From NCBI RefSeq assembly GCF_022045235.1, contig NW_027266286.1, positions 40,796,001-40,860,000 on the forward strand: DNA of 64,000 nucleotides, in the 5' to 3' direction. The stretch is from Haliotis cracherodii. Taxonomy: Eukaryota. The notes beneath the pieces are model-generated. The model was not told the DNA's origin. It was given only the letters and a program-made list of their open reading frames with translations, and ran no database searches. The position numbers and the translations under genes are program-made. This document shows, one piece after another, positions 38,705-51,700 of this stretch (positions within the stretch are counted from its first letter, which is position 1; every line of letters starts with the position of its first letter).

Positions 38705-39269
38705 TGGTAGGCAGGCATTCGCTCGAAGTCTACTTCTGGACTCCTGATTCGCTTAGTTTGATTCAATGAAACTTACATTCTGTGAAATTGTCAAGAATAA
38801 TGACTAATACAGGAGTATAATCGTTTGAGAGGCCACTTATTGCTGTCTCATTAAAACCTTTTAACTATTTTAAAAAAAAGTCCAAACACAGAAGTTTATT
38901 GTATTTTGACTTCTTGGTTTTGTATCGAAATGATTTGACAAAATTGCCACTGTAAAAGTAGAAATGGTTATGATGTTCATAATAACTATTCGATATTTTA
39001 CCAAATTGTACCTTCATTAATATTGTGTTTTCCTTATTAAAACAAAAAAATACCACAATCAAACAATTAGTCCAGCTTTAACATATTTGAACAGTGTTGA
39101 TCATTACGTTATCACTGATAAACAATCGTTGTACATATCCTACTTGGAATTGATTTGAGATTATATTCATTAGGAATATATGAACGTTTGTAAACTGACA
39201 CACGTGTTAAGAGACTCACTACATGTTTCATTACCCAGCTATAGTCACAGATGATACCAGAACTGTTTG

Positions 39270-39480
39270 TAGATTACGCTGCACTCAGCAATATTGCAGT
39301 TATATGACGGCGGACTGTAAATACTTGAGTCTGGACCGGACAATCCAGTGTTTCATTTTATTACCAGCGTCGGGGGAAGGTGACATGGATTCAACCAAGT
39401 CACTGTATCCGACCAACCGATGCACATGTCGCCTTTATAAGCATGCGATGTTCCTGTGGACCAGTTCTAACCCGGAATCT
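39270..39480 (-). mobile_element. SINE-like repeat, family 2 (degenerate)
   Basis: acgctgcactcagcaatattgcagttatatgacggcgg..tgtaaata..gagtctggacc.gacaatccagtg. Confidence 0.6.
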
Positions 39481-39739
39481 CGCGTATTGTAAATATATAA
39501 AGAGGTTTTATGATAGATATACACTGTTTATTTCAACATGTTTTGAATGGGTATTCGTTGCACTGATAATACACTTGTGATGTAATGTTGTGGAGGTAGC
39601 ATGATCTGAAAAGAGAAAACTCCTACATCGAAGGTTAATTCATGTATAAATGGTGTGTACAGATGCGTATCCTAAACGGTTCTTGATAACACATAAAAAA
39701 TAATATAATGCTCTGAAGACTTGGAGTTTTATAAAACCA

Positions 39740-42700
39740 CTACACAATATATCTGAGGAATGGAGGAGCGGGATAACCACTGACTTTGTTATATACAGCA
39801 CACTTCTTGAACTGACATGGCGACTCCCTCCATGCATAACGTATAGCCCCAATGGAGGGCTTCTCCTTAGAGTTGCATGCCTGTCCGTAGTAGAGCGTCA
39901 CAGACGTAGTATCTGACGTCTGTATGGGTGCGGGGCGCCACACATCGTCAGACAGAGCACAGTAGGTCGACACATCAGTTGTCGGAGTTTGAATACAGCA
40001 GACCTGGCATAAAAAATGTACGTGTCTTTAAACGGATTTTATTGTTAGAATCTGTTTATTAATATCTACAAATCATCTTAAATCAGAAAAAAATAATTAT
40101 TAAAAAATGATTAAATATATATTTTACTGCTTATTTTTCTTATCACGCAAGTTGATAATTGTAACCCTTTCATAATTACATCAACAGCCATCAATCAACT
40201 GTCTGGAGAAATCTCCGTTGCCTTCACTGCCTAACTGCTGACAAGATCAGAACTGAACCTAATTACTCAATTGCTTGGAGTCAAACTATCACTAGATCCC
40301 AAAGAAAAAGTAATAAATAGAAACATTTGATTAGACCAACAACTTAGATTTAATTACATTTTTTCTACTAAATACACAAAAGCTTGGAGTTAAAGTTTAC
40401 TAGTCTGGATCTATACCGGCACCCTACTCAAACATATACTGACTCAGAGCCGGCCAGACTTTGTTTTGACCCCTTACTGCTGAGCGTCAGGTGATAACAA
40501 CAAGTATCATCTTTTAACGTCTTTAGGCATGACGGTGGTGCGACCACCGGTTTTCCGCTCTCTGGCTGATTTATATTACAATAATAATAATAGAATTATA
40601 TCAATAAATTAATGATCATAATTGAATGAGTGGTTAACATATGACACTTGCCTCGAACCCATCATTCGATCTTATTTCGATTCCCATTGGTTGATTATTA
40701 TAGGTTACGACAAGTGTTCTGTTGTCAACGGAGGGTACACGAAACGCTGCAGGGAAAGGTCCACGCAGGTTCACCATCTCCGTTTGGTTGTAGGCGACAG
40801 CCAGGCCCTCTGTACACAACCTCTGTGCCACGTCCTGCTTGTCACGGGGATGAATACTGTTGTGAAGGTAATTAACGTTCACGTAACCATCAGTTAGTTT
40901 ATATTCAAATCGTATTATCATATTGGTCTATATTATATTATCTAAGCTTCCTCAATCATTTCTTAGCGAATGTTGATTACCAGGGCATTCAGCAAAATTC
41001 CAGATATTTAAAAATTACCAGCATGTTATCGACTCATCGAGGAATGAGCAACGGTCCTCAGCTGCTGGGATGCGACCCTATGTCACAGAGTAGAGTCCCA
41101 TTTTAGTCGCTTTTAACTGGGGACTAGGAGCCTTGTCCGACCCCGGAAGCACAAAAATATTTTTCATTTGTATTTGAATACACGTTAGTATGAAAGTCAA
41201 TTGGAAATGACGATGGACATAGTAACTGTTAACAAAGTAAGAATCAAAACCGGAAGTGATACTAACATTATATAGACGTTTACCAAGTTAAGTAAGTAAC
41301 GTCTTACGTCAGTAATTTAATAGTAAATTACAAAGCAACATCTACTAAGACTGAATGTTATAACACCAGATAGATACACGTGGGTACCCTGTATACGGAG
41401 ACGAGAAGTCCGGCAGGTCCATGGCCACCGCCATGAAGGTATTCTTCATCCTGGCGTTAGGGACGTAGCCATAGTCAGCTGTCTGGTGCCACCGAATGTC
41501 TGTGAAGCCGGTAGTAATGGTGTCATTGTTTCTGTACGGGGCAAGCTGGATATGTATAGAAAAACTATTAGAAGGCATGTATCTCGCGATACGCTTATAC
41601 ATAAAGAAGCATTTGTGTCATGATAGATATTGATTAAGCTATTGATGCTATGTAAGACTACCTGTACAAAGCCAAACGGAAACACATCTGATGTTTGAGA
41701 CCTCGATCCTTGAGAGAACTTCATTCTCCAGTCGTCTATCATGGCGGGGAACGTGCAGTCATAAGTAGACACACCAGTGTCTGCATGACGATTGGATTCT
41801 CCTAAAATATTCATATTTTGCTTACGACCATGACTGACAATTGCAGTAGGTTAGGAATCATTGATATAATTGTTTAACAAACGCTTTCAAGCCAAACATT
41901 TGTGCATGAACAAGATATTCTGAGTCTACTTTATTTACTTAACATGGTGTGATGGACTAAAGGCTGGTAATTTATATCTGGCGGGCCCAGTGATGTTTGT
42001 CTGCATTAGCATGATCTCTACAATAATGTCTTATACCGACATTCTGATACTGGTCTGGCTTTTACTCGTCCGATCACATAATGCACTTGCCAAACAAGGC
42101 CTACATTCCTTCTGACTTTATTCTTCTCCTATGCAGAAATATAATTATGACAGATTCATTCCAGGTATTCATCAGAACGTTGCGCTAAAATAACTCTAAA
42201 CTGTGAACTAACCTTGATACCAAATGGTTCCGTATATTGTCATATTCACCAGCGGCCTGACCATTGCGTTCCAAAGTGACGAGAAACCCATTGCATCATG
42301 GTCCTGTTTTGAATTTGTTCCGACCCTGAAATGACATGCTTATATTGCATAAATGTCAATAACTTGTTAATATATACAGCGATATGGTGATATATATGAA
42401 CTATTTTGTCAAGGTCTGTAATCATCAATGGAATCAAACTGAGTTTCTGATGTGACTATTAGTGATACTTTACACTTAAAGGACAGTGGGGTAGCCTTGT
42501 GGTTAAAGCGTTCGTTCTTCACGTCGAAGACCCGGGTTCGATTCCCTACATGGGTCAAAATGTGAAGCCCATTTCCGGCGTTCCCCGTCGTGATATTGCT
42601 GGAATATTGCTAAAAGCGGAGTAAAACAATACTCACCCACTTGACACTAATAAGCAGTTCATGTTCTTAGAGTATCGCTTGGGTGTAAGGCATGCTGATG

Positions 42701-44577
42701 TTATCGTTACAGCAATCTATGTGAGCCATTTGTAATACATTATACAATAATGTCATGTCTAACGACACCTGCTACGTGATGGCCGACCTGAGCGTGTTGC
42801 TGTCCATGTTGCACTTCTTAAGAGCATCCAGAGACGACCACAACTCTACACGTGTCCCTCCATAAGACGTTGCCAGGAGACCGATAGGATATTTTAGGGT
42901 GGATGAGAGGTATTTCCCATACAACCAGCACACACCAGAGAAGTACGACCATGGCGAATGTCCAAGGCTTTCTGCAAACACACAAACGACCTAATTTAAA
43001 GCTCCTACCCATGTGGAGATTAAGCATTACCAGAAATTGTGGTAACGAAAAGAAGCTATTAACAAGTACACAAAAGCGCTGCTATAATTTGCTTGAAAAT
43101 GTGCTGCTTTTTACTCATGTATTCTTCTTTCTAATGAACACGATGATTACGAGTTGTGTTAAGTGGTTATGGGCAATGTCACTTACCATTAGAGGGTACC
43201 GACCATGTTTCCTCCACGGACAGTAAGTCGTACTGAGGGGTACTAGAGCCCCCAAGTGTTACTGTAAATACCCGGATATTGGGATGGTTCTCGGCATCAG
43301 CCATCTCGTCAGAAGCATTAAATGCCTGTCAAATAGCATATCCTCTACATGACACACGTCAAGTTAATGTCATGTTTATTATTGAAATCTATATATAGTT
43401 GAGCTGCTTGAAAAAATAAGTGAGTGAGTGAGTGAATTTGGTTTAACACCAGTTTTTTACAACATATTACAAGTTACTGATGTGTATGTTTCAGTTACTA
43501 TGTAGTTGGTAGGCTAACTGTTTGTGGATTAATAACATTTCTTTGAAACAAAATGTTTCACCTTTTTGAAAGCAGAACCATGAAGACATGTATTCTTTTT
43601 ATTTTATAAAATTATCCAATCGAAAGTACTTTGTCGTTTTACTTAGTGAAAATAACCTATTCTGCCCCCATTATGGTGTACATTAACCAATCCTCCAGGT
43701 ACATGGGGCACGTATTGCTAAATGTACCAGGATGCGCTGTCCATGGCTTCCATCTTACCATATTCAAGGTAAACTGCATGTTGCTCTGCCCGGAACAGAT
43801 CCACACATCGCCAAACATTACATCAGATAGAGTTATCTTTTCTTGACTGGTTTCTGCAGTGAGTGTATGGGGCCCTCCAGGCGCCGTTTCCGGAAGTTGG
43901 AATGACCAAACATTCGTCCCTGGAGAAGGGCCCATCCTACTCCTTGCTGTGCCAAGCGGTGTGGCGTCAAGGGAGATACGCACAATCTCCGAGACTCTTG
44001 ATGCATAACCCCAGATGTTGGCTCTCTTTGGGGCTTTTTGTAAAACCATGTGGTCACCATAGTAACTAGCGAAACTCAAGTTTCGGTGGGAAAGCCCTTG
44101 CGTTGCTACCTCGGAAATAAATAAAATTATTTTATGACGTTTGTTTCGTAAATTTCAAAACAAAATACTAACAAAATTACAATTAATTATAGGACACGGG
44201 CGGAACTGTGGTGTTAGGCGCGGAACCTGGCTATACACAGTTGAGTACCTTAGGTGTATCATAAACCTTAGCTCGTGGGTTCGAATCTTTGTTCTCCCTG
44301 ATTACATTTCTGGGTTTGTCAACACAATACCGTGCTTGTTGGTTCAACCAAAGTGGTAAAACGTCTGCATATCTTCAGGCTTTTCTCTCACAATAAGCTG
44401 GCTCGCCGCGATATAACTGAAATACTTTTAAAAGCGGCGTTTTACACAAAAAAATCACCAAAATATGCCATAACAGCTCTCCGTGGTATCAATAACATCA
44501 ACACCTTAATACTTACATGCACACGTATATCCAATGCATGGAAATACCAACAAAAAGAAAGATACGCATTTCTTCAT
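39740..44577 (-). CDS. SIAE: Sialate O-acetylesterase-like paralogue A; exons 44577-44517, 44105-43759, 43325-43187, 42971-42788, 42325-42213, 41801-41662, 41545-41388, 40856-40652, 40003-39740
   Basis: Signal peptide MKKCVSFFLLVFPCIGYTCA; FASYYGDHMVLQ, GDVWICSGQSNM (catalytic Ser), GGTRVE, WYQGESN, IRWHQTAD, IHPRDKQ (His), RYAWRESPC; exon phases consistent. Confidence 0.92.
42481..42640 (+). mobile_element. tRNA-derived SINE, family 1
   Basis: Box A gtagccttgtggttaaagcg, box B ggttcgattccc, family-1 body. Confidence 0.85.
44210..44450 (+). mobile_element. Degenerate tRNA-headed SINE
   Basis: Box B ggttcgaatc; 3' end cgccgcgatataactgaaatacttttaaaagcggcgt resembles the family-1 tail. Confidence 0.45.
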
Positions 44578-45907
44578 GTCGGCAGAATAGCACACTTTTG
44601 CCACATGGTGACCTGGCGATAACGATCTTTCTTTTACCGTAATGTTTCTTCAAAAGTACCAACATAACTGCTACACGGTAAAATCTAAAACAATACTGAA
44701 TATTTAACTATAAGAATCTTTCATTTCATCGTGTACATGAATGTATGTATTGTCGAATATTGTATTATCATAACTTGACAATGTGCTGTTTCGGTCAATT
44801 GCTGGATGTGTTCCATGTCGAATAATTCTTTTCCTGGTTAGCTGAAGCATATACTGTTGATTCCAAAAGTAGAAACGCGAAGGTTTACGCTGAAATTGGT
44901 ACGTACAGAACTAAATGTGAAATCAGTATAAATACACACAGGATCAATGAATAATCGACAAATATTATTGAGAAACAGGTTTTTGTTCAGCGTCACAAAA
45001 TGGCAACACAGTGGGTCAGTATATACAATATGTGTAGGCAGCAAGTAAAATCAGGCACTCTTGCAGACGTCACTCATGAATGTCCAGAAATCGAATGTCT
45101 TGAGTGAGGCACGTATGCCATCCTTGAACGCAGGAAAGTGTTGGCAGCAGGCCGAAAATTTGGTGTTATGCAATAGGTAACCCGAGGCAAGGGAGTTAAC
45201 TGACTGTAAAATTCCAGTTTTCACCCTTGCCGAACTAGGCTGGAATTCCTGGATTCGATCGTAGCGCCAACAGTGGTTAATATCTGGTAACAGTTACCTC
45301 GCGAAGCTGCTCCTTGAGGTGGTACTACCCGGAAGTGAATCAACAACTGTAAACAGTCTATATCGAGATGACGAAGATGAGCAGCGCTGGGACGAAGCTT
45401 GGATTGTAAATAACAATGGGAAGTCACTCTAATTTACGAGTATCACCACAGAACACACGACATTTTTTCAGCATTTCAATCTGTTGCCACTAACAATCAT
45501 AATACTACATCTTTTGCCACATAACAATACAATTCACACAGTGTTACATCAGTTTTCCTCATTTTAGGAAATATTGGAAACGATTTTAATTGCATAATGG
45601 ATAGCCAGTGATTTTCAGTAATCTCTCCGTCAAAAGTTAGCTCCCTCTTATGTCCTCGAGGCGTTTCGTGCACGTTTCAGTTCCATTGAATGTGACGAAA
45701 TGGGATAAAATTTGGCATTACTGTTGTCAGTGAAGGGTATACGTACACGTGACTTAGATTGCAACAAATCGAAAACAAACACATGGCACCTTAGCAAAGG
45801 CTGAGATAGTGTCATCTGTGCCCAATAAAAAGGGGTAGAGATAGCAGTACTTGTGTTACAGTCTATCGTATGTTGTGTAAACGTCTGTTCAAACACACCT
45901 CACATCG

Positions 45908-48663
45908 ATGACAACAATGGCAGTTGCTTTGTGGAGGAGTGTGTTTAGTGTAGGCATCACATGGTTCTATTTGGCGGCCCAAGTAATCGTTATTGAGGCG
46001 GAAACAGGTAAATGAAACTAATCGTATTGGTTCGCACATGCGCAGAAACACGTGCTAGAGCATGAACGAGTTAGGTTTAACAACGCTTGGATTTGGACTC
46101 AGCAATATTTCAGCTATATGACTGCGGTCTGTACATAATCGAGCCTGGACCAGACAGTCCAGTGATTGACATCACGAGCATCGATCTTCGCAATTGGGAT
46201 ACGATGACATGCATCAAGCAAGTCAGCGAGCCTGACCACGCCAGGCATAGTCGCATGTTAAGACAAACATGAGTTGCTGAAGATCAATTCTAACTCGAAT
46301 CTTCACGGTCCAACGCTTTGAAAGACAACCCAGTTGAAAGCATGGTGTCATACATATTATATTGAAACTTCTTTAGTCCCCGACCGCCTCCGAGGTCTAG
46401 TGGTGAGCCCGGAGAGCGAAAGATCCGGGTTTTTTTAACAGAATATTCATACCAATTTCAAAACGGATAAAAGCTAAGATGTTAATGGCAGATGAGTATT
46501 ATTTCATTACAGAGACCTTAAAAGCGAAACCATTCTCCTTCGCAAGTTACTATGGAGACCACATGGTTCTTCAACAAGCCCCTAGGAAAGCTGCAATCTG
46601 GGGCTATGCTTCAAAAGAAGGGGAGACAATCACATTGAGCATTAGTGGTAAAGGGGAGGTGAACACAACATCCTTTAATGGACCTATGGCAACAACCCCT
46701 GTGTGGTCAGTTCAACTTCCTGCCATCGATGCCGGTGGGCCTTACAACATCACAGCGACATCTAGCGAGGGCAGCATTGTCTTAACAGATGTGTTGTTTG
46801 GGGACGTCTGGATATGTTCGGGTCAGAGCAACATGCAGTTTACACTCAATATGGTAAGTTGTGTATGAGACTAACCAGAGATCATACACCGATATATGGT
46901 ATCTGGACTAACAGACATGTGTATAATTCAATGCATTATGTAAACACCATGAGGATCATTTACCTACCTACATTGTTTTATGGCTAGTGACATTAAATAA
47001 GATAAGTCATACTTTTCAAGGTTATAATATCTGTTATATAACAAGATGATATGAAACAACACTGTAACCTATGACCGCCACCTTGATCCAGTGGACAGAG
47101 CATCTGATCGGAGAGATATTTACCATCCCCAAACATACAAACGTGATAACGTCATTAACATATAATGACTTTCTTCAGTTCTGTGCTCGAAAAATCTCAC
47201 TCTAGTGTCTCTCACACACATTACCTAAACCTTGCATTTTTTCCTGCAATGTACCCTTTAGTATATATTACGCCCGAAGGAAAGTGACGTGTCTGTCGGA
47301 CACTGACAGCAGTCAATATAGCTCCAACTGAAACATGTTTCTTAAACAGTGGCGTAACTACATATAGGCAAAACAACAATTGCCGACACAAATTGTTTAG
47401 ACTTGCCTTTCGCGGCAATTGATCGGTCTGTCCGCTAGAGTAACAGTCCTTTATCAAAGGGAAGCTATTCTGAACCTAGTTTATGAGACGTCACGTTTGT
47501 TTAGAGTCTGCCTGTCCTGTTACAATATTACGAAGTGCAGCGACAAAATTTGGGCATATATATTTGGGCCAAATCTAACTGTTTTAATTTGGGTAAAAAG
47601 TTCCAAGCTGCAGAGGTCTACAATGCCAGGCTAGTGTCCCCGCTAAATTGTTTCGCAATTTACATCTACAGTTACAAAACTTGTAAATTGCTTTAGCTAC
47701 ATGTACGTTACAGTTATACACTAATTTTCAGTATACTAGACTATTCTTTTGATAACGATAGCAATTATCCCAGTAGTTTCTCCAGATTCCCGATGGTTAA
47801 ATCATTTTTATCTGTTGGCTTTATCCAGCCGAGGAACCTATCCATTATATGATAATTATATCTATCAAGAGTAGTTTTACAGAATGGTTGTCTAGATGTT
47901 GGAAGTCGGTGCTTGGTCTAGTATTAGTTTAACGCGGATAAGATCAGCTTAATAGGGAACAAAGCTCAAACTAACGCAGGCTAAAGACGTCTACCACGTG
48001 AACCACAATTAGGCCGAACTTAGGATTTGAACCAACGAACAAAGGATACTGGCAACGATTAACTCTGCGAATTGGTGGCGCCTTAGATGGCTGGGCCACA
48101 GATGCCCTAGGTGTTTTGGAATCTTTGACTATTAATGCAAGCAAAACTAGTTCCTGATTTGGGGATTTTGAAAACCTTGTTGCCCAATTCACATTGCATG
48201 GTACAGACAGTGGGATTAAAAAATTATTCTCATAGAAATGTTTTTCGTGTGTCACATGAAAGTGCTACTGGTAATGCATCATTAGATGGTGCGATGTATT
48301 TAATTATTTCCAGGGCTTTAACAGTTCGGAAGAGGTCGCAGATGCTGTCAATCATCCCAACATCCGGGTGTTTACTGTGGCTTGGGAAGGGTCGTCGGTG
48401 GAACAATATGATCTTTTGAATGTCAATGAAACCTGGTCTGTACCTAATAATGGTAAGGGAATATGTTTAAGATTGTGAAATATTAATATTTTCCCAAAGC
48501 ATCTGATCGTCACGCTGACAATCGGTATACACATTAATATACTACGTTGAACGGGTATCTACGCATAGGTGCGCGTTATCGCATGCTTGGCATGAGAGCC
48601 ATCAAAAATGAGGATCTTGGGCATATATTCTTGATCTGGTTGATTGTGTGTGTGTGTGTGTGG

Positions 48664-48726
<63 letters not shown>

Positions 48727-51700
48727 GTCGTTTAACGCCGCACCCAGCAATAGTACAGTCATTTGGCGTCTGCCTGTACATTATTAAGATAATTCAGTGA
48801 TTGATATTATGAACCTCAATCCACATCTTCGGGGTACGATGACACGCAGTCACCCAAATCACCTAGCCATATCACCCTGTCCATGTTGTCCCTTCTCAAG
48901 ACCAGCATAGATTGTTGGTGACCTATCCTAACCCGGAATGTATAAACGTATATGTTTTTACCATTTATGAATTGTAACTGTGAACTGTTTGAATACACGG
49001 ATAACATCAAAGTTGATTTCAAGAATCCGTCAATGGACCGGCTTGGTCGTACTTTTCGGAAGTCTGCTGGTTATACGGGAAGTACCTGTCTTCGCATCTC
49101 AAATACCCCATCGGCCTCATTGCGACGTCATACGGAGGAACCCGAGTGGAGGCGTGGTCAGGTCCCGATGTTTTCAAGCAATGTGGCGTATCAGCGATAA
49201 ATAAGAACGGGGATGTCAACCCGAATTCCCCTTCAGTTCTGTGGAACGCCATGGCCAGACCATTCGTGAATATGACCATATATGGAGCCATTTGGTATCA
49301 GGGTTAGTATAATGTTTGTCACTGCTCTATAGATCTGCCCAAACAGGATTCTTTGGAGCATATACGTTTGTTTTCGATAGAGAATGAAAATAGAAATAGG
49401 CAAAATATTTCTGCATTTTTCATTGATCGGAGATAAATTTCATTTGTAATGCCGTACCAAACTTCCCGGCACCTCCAACCATACTCCCTGCTTTGTCAGA
49501 TTATACAAACCTCCCGTAGATCAGGCAAAGAACAAGTCCAATTTGTACGTTACCGGACATCATACTAGTGTCTGACTGTTGTTGATGGTTGTTTGTTTGT
49601 TGTTTAACGCCATATTCAACAATATTACAGCTATATGTAAATAATTGAATCTGGACCAGACATCATGAACACCAATCCAAACAAGCCCGGAAGAGGTCAA
49701 CCAAGTCAGCGAGCCTTGACCACCCGATCCCGTTAGTCGCCTTTTATGACAAGCATAGTCGCCTATTACGACAAACATAGTCGCCTTTTAGGTAAAGCAA
49801 GGGTTCTACCCCGAATCTTCACGGGAATAGTGTCTGACTGCGATTTGTTACCCCAAGAGTGTTGTAGAATAAGAACCAGTTTGATATGTGTCAATATTCT
49901 GTGACCAGGTGAAGCCAATGCCGGATCTCCAACAATGGACATGTACAGCTGTATGTTCCCAGCCATGATAGATGACTGGAGAGACAAGTTCCACCAAGGA
50001 TCAGGAGGACAAACAGATCCAGCTTTTCCTTTTGGATTTGTACAGGTTAGATTCGCTACTACTTTCAAAACTAGCGATTATCTATAAAAGGCGTATGCCT
50101 TAAGCCCTGTGGAGATTGTGTGAAAAAATGGATTTCTTATGTCATGCTGGCGACCAGTGTGTTATCAATTACCGTTTCTCATCTTCAAATACCTTGGATA
50201 TATATGAGGTATTTGGCCAAAAGATATTTGAACAATTTGAATTATTATCAAACAAAAACAAATCAATATAATTCATTCTTTCAGTATCTTAAAATTGTTC
50301 ATAATTATTATACTTCTCAACAATTTTCTTTCAAGATATCAGATTTTTTAAACCGTTGTTAATAAGACCATCCTGTTGTTAGTGCAAGTTTCAAAATCGT
50401 TGGTAATGCGTTATAACAAGATCGGGTCCATCAAAAGATGAGGAACCTTTGTCTTGTCAGAAATAAAAGCTCAATTAAAATATCTTTTGTCACTTCTCAC
50501 TGAGGGGCGGTGGAGCAGCCTGGTGGTTAAAGCGTTCGGTGGTCACGCCGAAGACCCGGGTTCAATCCCCGAAATGGGTAAAATGTGTAAAGCCCATTTC
50601 TGGTGTCCCCCGCAGTGATATTGTTGGAATATTGCTAAAAGCGGCGTAAAACCATGCTCACTCACTCAATCCTCACTAAAAAGACAATTGTCCCAATACA
50701 AATACATTTAACATGTGTGTATGAAGCTGGCACCATGGAGAGACAACGATACCCTAACTACCGGCTTCACAGACATTCGATGGCATCAGACAGCTGACTA
50801 TGGCTACGTCCCTAACGCCAGGATGAAGAACACCTTCATGGCGGTGGCCATGGACCTGCCGGACTTCTCGTCTCCGTATACAGGGTAAAGACCAACTTGT
50901 GTAGATTTCCTCTAAGATTGTATCACAGACCAATATTCCGCATGCACAATGTACACATTTTTTGTAAGGAAAAGAACATATTTATCATGGAATACCATAC
51001 ATGTCCGTTTCAGTATTCATCCCCGGGACAAGCAAGATGTGTCTATGCGTCTGTGTACAGCTGGACTTGCTGTGGCCTACAACCAAACTCGGTACTCCAA
51101 ATTCAACGGTCCTTTGCCTTCTTGGTTTACACTCTGGATAGCTGACGGCATTCTACAGATAGACTACGACAACAAAACAACAGTTCTGGAAATTAGATCA
51201 ACAAGCGGTTTTGAGGTAATCAACATTTAATGTCATACCAGTGAAGATACCAGTTAAAAGTCTTGCCTTAAGAAGCGACTATGCTTGTTGTAAGAGGCGA
51301 CTAACGGGATCAGGTGGTCAGGCTCGTTGACTTGGCTGATGCATCTAATCGTTTCCCAGTTGCGATGCTCATAATGTCTTTTTGTCAATCCCCGGAATGT
51401 CTGAACCAGGATCGATTATTTACTGATCGCCGTCATGTGCCTGGAATATTGCAAGTGCGACCTTAAACAACATACCAACAAACAAACAAAATATAACTTC
51501 AACTCCAGAGAACAAACATTCTCAACTATCTGCCGAAACAGATTTCATTGGGCGTAAAGAGTAAAATAGTGATGGAATTATACAAATTAAAAATCAGTGA
51601 TAACACCCGGTGTTCTCGAAAAGGGCAGGCATGTCCTGGTCTACCCGTAGCACCCGCCACAAACACCACTAGTGTGAAAAAGTAAGTGTTTGTTTGCTGC

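Larger units (their letters stand above)
18531..38710. mobile_element. Endogenous Polinton/Maverick (adintovirus-like) element, decayed; right terminus not seen
   Basis: pPolB on +; integrase, minor capsid, major capsid, protease and ATPase on -; AGTAG-starting left end with subterminal repeats. Confidence 0.93.

Noticed and set aside
38700-39200. Right TIR of the Polinton
   Set aside because: No reverse complement of the 18531-18760 sequence was found by eye here or elsewhere in the window
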